Below are positions 1-6,258 of a stretch of DNA of 11,182 bases, in pieces. Every line of letters begins with the position of its first letter. Within the stretch, counting starts at the first letter, position 1. The position numbers were made by a program, and so were the translations under genes. This DNA comes from Candidatus Rokuibacteriota bacterium. GTDB lineage: Bacteria > Methylomirabilota > Methylomirabilia > Rokubacteriales > CSP1-6. The notes below the pieces were generated by a model that had not been told where the DNA came from, made no database searches, and saw nothing but the letters and a program-made list of their open reading frames with translations. The stretch lies in assembly GCA_016184305.1 (NCBI GenBank), contig JACPCX010000048.1, positions 1 through 11,182 of the forward strand, given 5' to 3'.

Positions 1-156
1 GCGATCCTGCTCCCGGGACAGGGGCGTCGTCAAAGGCCGCGTGAGTGGCGCAGACGGCTGCCCTGGCGGCAGGTGTCGTCGATCGAGGAGAATTCTGAGG
101 GACCGTGAGAGGCTGGCCTGGCCCCCGGGCGGGGTGATCCGGTGGCCGGGGCGTGG

Positions 157-218
157 TCGGGCTGGGGCGGGGCCGGTCCGGTCCGGGGGGGTCTCGGGCC
201 GGCCCCGCCCCAGCCCGA
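157..218. repeat. Perfect 20-bp inverted repeat (hairpin)
   Basis: 157-176 TCGGGCTGGGGCGGGGCCGG is the exact reverse complement of 199-218 CCGGCCCCGCCCCAGCCCGA. The stem extends inward by about 5 bp with G-T pairs. Confidence 0.9.
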
Positions 219-461
219 GGTGGGCGAGGACCGCGCGCACGACACCGGGACCGTGCAGATGGCGATGAGACGCGGGCGACCGCCACAGCGCGGGCAGGCC
301 AAGCTGGCGAGGGCGAACACCCGGTGCATGAGGGCCGCCCAGGTCCAGAGGCGCGGTGTGGGTGGGGTGCCACCGCCGGGCGGGCCGGCGCCGGCCTAGT
401 CGAGGGCCGGATCTGAGGCCGCCGGGCGGCCGTAGCCGATCACGTGGCGGCGTCAGCGGGC
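157..461 (-). mobile_element. Decayed C-terminal remnant of an IS91-like (Y2/HUH rolling-circle) transposase
   Basis: Minus strand reads AR*RRHVIGYGRP...D*...PRLWTWAALMHRVFALASLACPRCGGRPRLIAI. After a 1-nt shift near 257 it reads HGPGVVRAVLAHLGL. This matches the WAxLxxRVF...CPxCGG..RLIA..DP.VVRAILAHLGL tail recalled for IS91-family transposases. In-frame stops lie at 453-455 and 396-398, and no catalytic region is present. Confidence 0.75.
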
Positions 462-624
462 ACCCATGTAAGAACGATCGGGCGGCGTCCGGCCGGGACG
501 GCCATCTGAGCCCAACCAGACCGAGATCGCCGGAGCACCAACGGAAAATCAACCGTTTGAAGCGGCGCCTCGCGTGACGCATCGCCAGATCGGCTGGCAC
601 GAGGCTTGAGTCGCCCTACAACCG

Positions 625-2860
625 ATGCGCGCGCTCCTCCCGCGGAAGCCCACGATTGTCGGCCTCGGATTCGCGGGAGCCCTGCTGCTCTCCGCGATGG
701 CGCTCGTCGCCTACTCGACGGTCGAGTTCCTGCGGTTCGAGCGCGTCGAGACACGGCGCGCCGTGTTCATCCACGCCGCCGGGCAGGCCCTAGCACCCGG
801 GACGAGCGTTCGGGCCATCGATCTGCCCGGAACCCTCGCCCGCCTCGGGTACACCGAGACGAAAACGGCGCCGACCGCGCCCGGGCAGTACCGCCGCGCT
901 GGCGGCGTCTGGGACATCTTCCTTCGCGAGGAGCGGTCGCGCGCGCGGCTCGAGGTGCGCGGCGAGCGCATCGCGCGCGTGACGCGGGATGGAAAGGACG
1001 CGGAGGCGGCGCTCGAGGGCGAGGTGCTGACGGGCGGTGCCGATCAGCCGGGGGAAGACTATCGGCCGATCAAGCTTGCCGACACGTCCAAGACCCTGGT
1101 CAACGCGGTGCTCGCCATCGAGGACCACCGGTTCTTCGAGCACGGGGCGCTCGACCTGAAGAGCCTCGCGCGGGCGGTGTGGGTCAATACCCGCGCCGGC
1201 AAGGTGGCCGAGGGCGGGAGCACGATCACCCAGCAGCTCGTCAAGAACCGCTTGCTGACGCCGCAGCGAACGATGACGCGCAAGGTGCGCGAGGCGTGGC
1301 TTGCCACCCTCGTCGAGTGGCGCTACTCGAAGGAGCAGATCCTCGAGGCCTACCTGAACGAGATCTACCTCGGCCAGCGCGGCCCGCTCGCCATCCGCGG
1401 CATGGGCGCGGCAAGCCGCGCCTACTACGCGAAAGAGATCCACCAGCTCACGCCGGGCGAGGCCGCGCTCCTCGCGGGCATGGTGCGCGCGCCCAATACG
1501 TATTCGCCGGTGCTCAATCCCGAGCGCGCGCGCCGGCGGCGGGACGTCGTCCTGGCGCGGATGCGCGAGCTCAAGATGCTGGACGGGCCGGCCTATGAAC
1601 GCGCGCGCAAGGAGCCGGTGCGCGCGCTCGCCCGCCCGCGGCCCGGCCAGCCGGCGCCTCACTTCACCGACCACGTCCGCCAGGAGGTGGACGAGCGCTT
1701 CGGCCCGGGGACGCGGATCGTCACCACGCTCGACCTCACGCTGCAACGCTTCGCCGAGAACGCGGTCGCCGCCGGCCTCGACCAGCTCGAGAGCCGCTAC
1801 GCCCGGCTCCGGCGCAGCGAACCGAGTGCGCGTCTTCAGGCTGCCCTGATCGCGCTCGATCCCGCTACCGGCGAGATCCGCGCCTTCGTGGGCGGGCGCG
1901 ACTACCAGGTGAGCCAGTTCGACCGCGTGACGCTGGCGCGGCGCCAGCCCGGCTCCGCGTTCAAGCCGTTCGTCTACCTGGCGGCGATCAGACCTCGGGA
2001 AGGCGGGCTGCCGTTCACCGCGGCGTCGATGGTCGACGACGGCCCCATCACGGTCAACGTGGACGGCAAGCCCTGGAGCCCGCGCAACTACGACGACCAC
2101 TACGAGGGGCGCGTGAGCGTCCGCCGGGCGCTCGAGCAGTCGCTGAACGGTGCCACCGTGCGTATCGCCCAGGTGGTGGGCTCCCCGGCAATTGCGGAGA
2201 CGGCTCACGCTCTCGGCCTCGCCGAGCACACGGCTCCCGTCCCCGCGCTCGCCCTCGGCGCCCTCGAGGTCACGCCGATCGACCTCGCCGCCGCTTACGT
2301 CCCGTTTGCGAGCGGAGGCCTGCGGCCGGGCGCGATCCACTCGGTGCGCGCGGTCTACCAGGCCGACGGCAGCGCGGTCGTGCCCGGCGGCAGCGACGCG
2401 ACTCCGTCCGCCGTCATCACCCCTGCCGAGGCCTATCTGATGACGTCGCTGCTCCAGGGCGTCATTCGCTCGGGCACGGCCAGCGCCGCGCAGTCGCTGA
2501 CCGCCCCGCGATGCCTGGTTCGTCGGCTATTCGTCCCGCCTCGTCGTCGCCGTCTGGGTCGGCTTCGACGACGCCACGCCCCACGGACTGAGCGGCGCAG
2601 CGGCGGCGCTGCCGATCTGGTCGCAGTTCATGAAGCAGGCGCTCGACGCGTATCCCGCGCCCGCCTTCGCCGTGCCGGAGGGCATCCGGATCGCGAACAT
2701 CGACGCGAGCAATGGCCAGCTCGCCGGCGCGTCGTGCCCGCTGGTCGCGCGCGAGGTGTTCCTCACCGGCACCGAGCCGGAGCCGTGCACGGAGCACACC
2801 GGGATCACGTACCGGATAGACCATTGGTGGAATCAGCTGCGCGACTGGTTCCGGCGCTGA
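625..2860 (+). pseudogene. mrcB: Class A penicillin-binding protein (PBP1B-like transglycosylase/transpeptidase), disrupted by an internal deletion and frameshift near 2500-2507
   Basis: N-terminal TM anchor and a UB2H-like segment (LARLGY...PGQY). GT51 motifs EDHRFFEHG, GGSTITQQLVKN, RKVRE and KEQILEAYLNEIYLG are present. Transpeptidase motifs SAFK (1954-1965) and SLN (2140-2148) are present, but KTG is absent. The true C-terminus (RDAWFVGYSSRLVVAVWVGFDD...ALPIWSQFMKQ...WFRR*) continues in another frame from 2507 to the TGA at 2858-2860. Confidence 0.85.
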
Positions 2861-3357
2861 TCCGGCCGGCCGTCCTCGCGCCGTGGGCCATTGCCCTGGC
2901 GCTGACGGGCTGCGCGACGATGCCAGGCGTCGCCAAGGGGCCCCTGCCGGAGAGGTCGCCGCGCTCAGCACCTCAGCCGAAGGCTCCGCCGCCGGGACAA
3001 ATCCAAACGGGCATAGCCTCGTGGTACGGCCATCCACACCACGGTCGCCGCACGGCCAGCGGAGAGGTCTTCAACATGCACGCGCTCACCGCCGCGCATC
3101 CGTCCCTGCCGCTCGGGACGCGCGTGCTCGTCACCAATGTCAAGAACGGCCGGTCCGTCGAGGTGCGCATCACCGACCGTGGTCCGATTGTCCGCGGACG
3201 CATCGTCGACCTCTCCTATGCCGCCGCGCAGAGGCTCGGCGCCGTGGACGACGGAGCGTTCCGGGTGAAGCTGCGCACGCTCTCGGACCGGGTCGACTCG
3301 CCCGCGGCGCCCCCCGCGAACGAAAAGGACAGGCACAACAGCGCTCTCGACGAGTGA
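2827..3357 (+). CDS. rlpA: Septal ring lytic transglycosylase RlpA-family lipoprotein (DPBB domain, no SPOR domain)
   Basis: Lipobox LALTG-C, a Pro-rich linker, then GIASWYG..HGRRTASGEVFNMHALTAAHPSLPLGTRVLVTN..NGRSVEVRITDRGP..RGRIVDLSYAAA. The start is uncertain: TTG 2824, GTG 2827, or CTG 2857 overlapping the PBP stop. Confidence 0.9.
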   Translation: MESAARLVPALIRPAVLAPWAIALALTGCATMPGVAKGPLPERSPRSAPQPKAPPPGQIQTGIASWYGHPHHGRRTASGEVFNMHALTAAHPSLPLGTRVLVTNVKNGRSVEVRITDRGPIVRGRIVDLSYAAAQRLGAVDDGAFRVKLRTLSDRVDSPAAPPANEKDRHNSALDE

Positions 3358-3847
3358 CGGTCGGCCTCTGGCTCCGAGCGATCCTGCGCCCGGCCCCGGG
3401 GCGCAGTCAGGGATCTCGCGCGCCGGCCAGTCTCGCCGACCGCAGCTGCCCCCGCCTCCGCCCCACCCGCGGCGACCGCAGCCCTTGCGGTCGACATCCG
3501 CGAGATCGTCGTCCGCAACGCTGCGGGCCATGGGCGGCCCCCTGTGGGTCGACGTCACTGGCGACGTGCGCGGAGTTGCGATCCCACGCGCGAACCCGTA
3601 CCTCCTCCAGCAGGGTGGCTGGAAAACCACGGACGGCCAGCTGACGTCCGAGTTTCGCTGTCGCCTCGACGGCGACGCGCTCTCGGCCAGGACCGACATC
3701 CGGCTCAGCCGGCTGCAGGTCGTTCGCGCGGCGGCCGAGGACGGGGCTCAGGCGCGCATCGGGCTGCCGCTTGGCCTGCTCACCGCGCTCCTCAAGGATC
3801 CACGCGGGGACATCAAGGTGTCGGTCCCGGTGGGAGGCCGCCTCAAT
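3354..3847 (+). pseudogene. Fragments of a DUF748/AsmA-like envelope protein gene
   Basis: Possible GTG start at 3354 overlaps the rlpA stop (MTVGLWLRAIL). A frame-1 piece at about 3400-3519 reads DLARRPVSPTAAAPASAPPAATAALAVDIREIVVRN. A frame-2 piece at 3521-3847 reads GPLWVDVTGDVRGVAIPRANPYL...IGLPLGLLTALLKDPRGDIKVSVPVGGRLN, resembling the LPLxLAxALLKDxxGxIxLxxPVxG motif of DUF748 proteins. Confidence 0.65.
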
Positions 3848-4103
3848 GTCGTCGTCCTCGCGACGAGCGGCTGCGCCAGCGTCGGGCCCCTGGAGGACAT
3901 GCGGATCGAGTCCGAGGTCAAGGCCCGGCTCGTCGCCGAGAAAGACGCGAAGCCTCGGCGTGCTGAGCAGCAACGCGACCGTGTATCTCAGCGGGACGGT
4001 CGAATCCGCGGATCAAAAAGCGCAGGCGGAGGCCCTGGCCAAGGGCGTTCGAGGCGTCAGGCGCATCATCAACAGCCTCGACGTTCGCTCGGCGCCCAAG
4101 TAA
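3848..4103 (+). pseudogene. BON-domain lipoprotein, 5'-truncated and frameshifted
   Basis: Frame 2 reads VVVLATSG-C ASVGPLEDMRIESEVKARLVAEKDA (lipobox-like end plus BON helix 1). After a shift at about 3950-3953, frame 3 reads LGVLSSNATVYLSGTVESADQKAQAEALAKGVRGVRRIINSLDV, the BON strands and helix 2, ending at TAA 4101-4103. No start codon or n-region of its own is present. Confidence 0.8.
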
Positions 4104-4106
4104 CTC

Positions 4107-4190
4107 GTAGGCGTTGTCGAGCTTGGTGTACCGCATTCCGTGGCGGGTCAGTTTGCGGGCCAGCCCCTCGTGGCCGTTGACGTAGAGCTG
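4107..4190 (-). pseudogene. 84-nt internal fragment of a probable mobile-element-associated protein
   Basis: Translates as QLYVNGHEGLARKLTRHGMRYTKLDNAY. This resembles the QxxxNG(H/R)EWLARQL...GIxY...DNxF motif I recall from a family of about 500-aa transposase-like hypothetical proteins. The identification is from memory. Confidence 0.5.
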
Positions 4191-4194
4191 GCCC

Positions 4195-4902
4195 TTAGGC
4201 GTCGGCGGGCTTCACCGGCTCCACCCGCTCGCGCTCGATGAGGGCGAGGACGCAGTACACTCCCGCGATCAGCTCGAGGGTCTCCTCCAGCACGGTCTTG
4301 GGGAAGACCGTGGGCAGGATGCGGTCCAGGTGCCGCTCGAACACCTCGGTGAGGACCAGCATGGCGATCGCGACCACAAGGAGCTGTCCCCAGTCCGTCC
4401 GCAGCGCGGCGAGTCCCCAGCGCCACAGCGGCGCGAGCCGGCGCAGGACGTAGGAGGCGAGGAGCACCAGCGCCGCCAGCATCAGCGCGTAGAGCGAGAG
4501 CCAGAGGGCGAAGAGCGCCGGCGGCTGCCGGAAGGTGTGGCGGAAGGTCATGGTCGAGCCCAGCACGCGCTGCCACACCTCGATCTCACCCTCGAGCAGG
4601 ATGAAGAAACCGACGGCGAGGATGACCTCGGACACGGGCGAGCGTCCCACCGCGACGAGACGCCGCCACCGCACGAGGCAGAGGGCCAGGGCCAGCGCGA
4701 TCAGGACGGCCTGGACCGCTTCCACCAGCGAGTCCTCTGCCACGAGCCAAGCGACGAAGGGTCGGTCCCAGGCGAGGCAGGCCGCCAGGGTCGCGGGGAT
4801 GACCGCGGTGACGAGGACGGCCTGCACGACGATCGAGGGGCCCCAGCGTGCGGGGCGCCGGCGCGCCCGGATGGGAATAGGATCGGACTCTGGCGAGTTC
4901 AC
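4195..4902 (-). CDS. Hypothetical integral membrane protein (about 6-7 TM segments)
   Basis: 235-aa ORF with a GTG start and repeated hydrophobic stretches. It has acidic motifs AEDSLVE, EGEIEVWQR and LEETLE at TM borders. Codon third positions are GC-biased. Confidence 0.8.
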   Translation of the reverse strand: MNSPESDPIPIRARRRPARWGPSIVVQAVLVTAVIPATLAACLAWDRPFVAWLVAEDSLVEAVQAVLIALALALCLVRWRRLVAVGRSPVSEVILAVGFFILLEGEIEVWQRVLGSTMTFRHTFRQPPALFALWLSLYALMLAALVLLASYVLRRLAPLWRWGLAALRTDWGQLLVVAIAMLVLTEVFERHLDRILPTVFPKTVLEETLELIAGVYCVLALIERERVEPVKPADA

Positions 4903-4911
4903 GAGAGCCTG

Positions 4912-4925
4912 AGGTTACCTTACCA
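4912..4925 (-). promoter_or_regulatory. Candidate extended -10 promoter for the membrane protein gene
   Basis: Minus strand TGGTAAGGT (TGn-TAnnnT, 4925-4917) overlaps a second hexamer TAACCT (4917-4912), which ends 9 nt before the GTG at 4902. No clear -35 or Shine-Dalgarno is visible. Confidence 0.35.
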
Positions 4926-5199
4926 CGCGGCTGTCGCTGAACGGACCGACGGAGGATGCGGGTACTGAGCCGGCAACGGGTGCTGCTCATCGGCTCGCTT
5001 CGTGAAGTCGCCGTCGCTGGCCCGGGTGGCCCGGAAGTGTCGAGTTCCTTTGCAATCCCCTCCTCGACTCCCGCTGCCCTTACTGGCCCGGCCCCCTGGC
5101 GTCCTGTCTCATGGGTCCGTCGTGGCTCCTCACGAGACGGGGCCGCGGGGTACGGCTCAGCGTGTTCCGCGGGGAGGGCTCCCGGCTCCGGCCGGCGCC

Positions 5200-5228
5200 T
5201 TGACCCTCCCGGGGGCGCTGCCTATACT
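5200..5228 (+). promoter_or_regulatory. Sigma70-type promoter of the six-gene operon
   Basis: TTGACC (5200-5205), a 17-bp spacer, then TATACT (5223-5228). Each hexamer is a 5/6 match to consensus, in a very GC-rich background. Confidence 0.8.
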
Positions 5229-5237
5229 ACGTGGGCC

Positions 5238-6257
5238 ATGCCGCCGCTGCCGGTGGGCAAAGTGCGGGCCGAGACGCTCCGGAGGCTATTCGCGAGGTAC
5301 GTGCCGCAGGGAGAGCGGGTGGTGGTCGGGCCGCGGGTCGGAGAGGACGCCGCCGTCCTCGACATGGGAGACCGCTACCTGGTCGCGACGACGGATCCCA
5401 TCACGTTCGCGACCGGCGAGATGGGACGGTACGCGGTCCACGTGAACGCCAATGACCTGGCGGTGCGCGGCGCCCTCCCCCGGTGGTTCCTCGCCACGCT
5501 GCTCTTGCCCGAGGGACAGACGACGGAGTCGAGCGTGGAGGAGCTCTTCGCCGAGATCGCGGAGGCGTGCGGGGAGATCGGCGTCTCGCTGGTGGGCGGG
5601 CACACGGAGATCACGGCGGGGCTCGACCGCCCCATCGTGGTCGGGGCCATGCTCGGCGAGGTCGCGAAGGATCGGCTGGTGACGACGGCCGGCGCGCGCC
5701 CCGGCGATCGGGTGCTCCTCACCAAGGGCGTGCCGATCGAGGGCGCAGCCATCATCGCGCGCGAGCGCGGGGACGAGGCCGAGCGCCGCGGGGTCCCGCG
5801 GGAGGTGGTGGCGCGCGCGCGGGAGTTCCTGCGCCGGCCGGGGATCAGCGTGCTGCCGGAGGCGCGAGCCGCGTGTGGCGCCGCCGGGGTCCGCGCCATG
5901 CACGATCCGACCGAGGGGGGGCTCGCCACCGCGTGCTGGGAGCTGGCGCAGGCGGGGGCCGTGGGGTTGCGGATCGACCGCGAGCGGATTCCGGTGCTGG
6001 TCGAGGGGGAGCGGCTCTGCCGCGCCTTCGGGCTCGATCCGCTGGGCACCATCGCCTCCGGGTCGCTGCTGCTGGCGGTGGACGCGGCCGAGGCGGAACT
6101 CGTGGCGGCCGCATGCCAGGCCAGCGGCGTCGCCTGCACGGTGATCGGCGAGGTGACGGACGTCCGCGAGGGCGTCACGCTCACCACGGGCGGCCGCGCC
6201 GCGGCGATGCCGAGCTTCCCTCAGGACGAGATCTCGAGACTGTTCACGGAGGCGTAA
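5238..6257 (+). CDS. AIR synthase-family (PurM/HypE/ThiL/SelD superfamily) ATP-dependent protein
   Basis: 339 aa from ATG 5238. Motifs include LPVGKV, VGPRVGEDAAV, TTDPITF, HVNANDLAVRGAxP, LVGGHTE, ARPGDRVLLTK, AMHDPTEGGL and DPLGTIASGSLL. These fit the often 'hydrogenase expression protein'-annotated PurM-like subfamily. Confidence 0.9.
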   Translation: MPPLPVGKVRAETLRRLFARYVPQGERVVVGPRVGEDAAVLDMGDRYLVATTDPITFATGEMGRYAVHVNANDLAVRGALPRWFLATLLLPEGQTTESSVEELFAEIAEACGEIGVSLVGGHTEITAGLDRPIVVGAMLGEVAKDRLVTTAGARPGDRVLLTKGVPIEGAAIIARERGDEAERRGVPREVVARAREFLRRPGISVLPEARAACGAAGVRAMHDPTEGGLATACWELAQAGAVGLRIDRERIPVLVEGERLCRAFGLDPLGTIASGSLLLAVDAAEAELVAAACQASGVACTVIGEVTDVREGVTLTTGGRAAAMPSFPQDEISRLFTEA

Positions 6258-6258
6258 G

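Noticed and set aside
396..455. Stop-codon recoding (TGA as Trp or Sec, TAG readthrough) in the transposase remnant
   Set aside because: TGA and TAG are used as normal stops by intact genes in this window, and the remnant also has a frameshift, so decay is the simpler explanation.
790..2340. 516-aa antisense ORF (also 6319..7773, 9231..10679, 5375..6187, 7590..8687 and 8320..9396)
   Set aside because: These are shadow ORFs opposite well-supported genes, expected from high-GC codon bias, and show no recognisable motifs.
2495..2512. Programmed ribosomal frameshift restoring the PBP
   Set aside because: No slippery heptamer is present, and the KTG motif is absent from all three forward frames, so a shift would not restore an active transpeptidase.
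625..3357. Single genuine 910-aa PBP-RlpA gene
   Set aside because: The segment at 2506-2826 is off-frame Arg-rich sequence. The real PBP C-terminus is in frame 2, and RlpA has its own lipoprotein signal.
4330..4968. Plus-strand ORFs over the membrane protein gene
   Set aside because: They have shadow-frame composition. The minus-strand ORF has a coherent TM pattern and codon bias.
4956..5237. 94-aa N-terminal extension of the AIR synthase-family protein
   Set aside because: GGAGG abuts this ATG with no spacing and the extension is low-complexity. Family similarity begins at 5238, and the promoter lies inside the extension.
5238..6257. Assigning hypE, purM or thiL
   Set aside because: The C-terminal Cys motif of HypE is missing and there is no supporting gene context. 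Only superfamily membership is supported.
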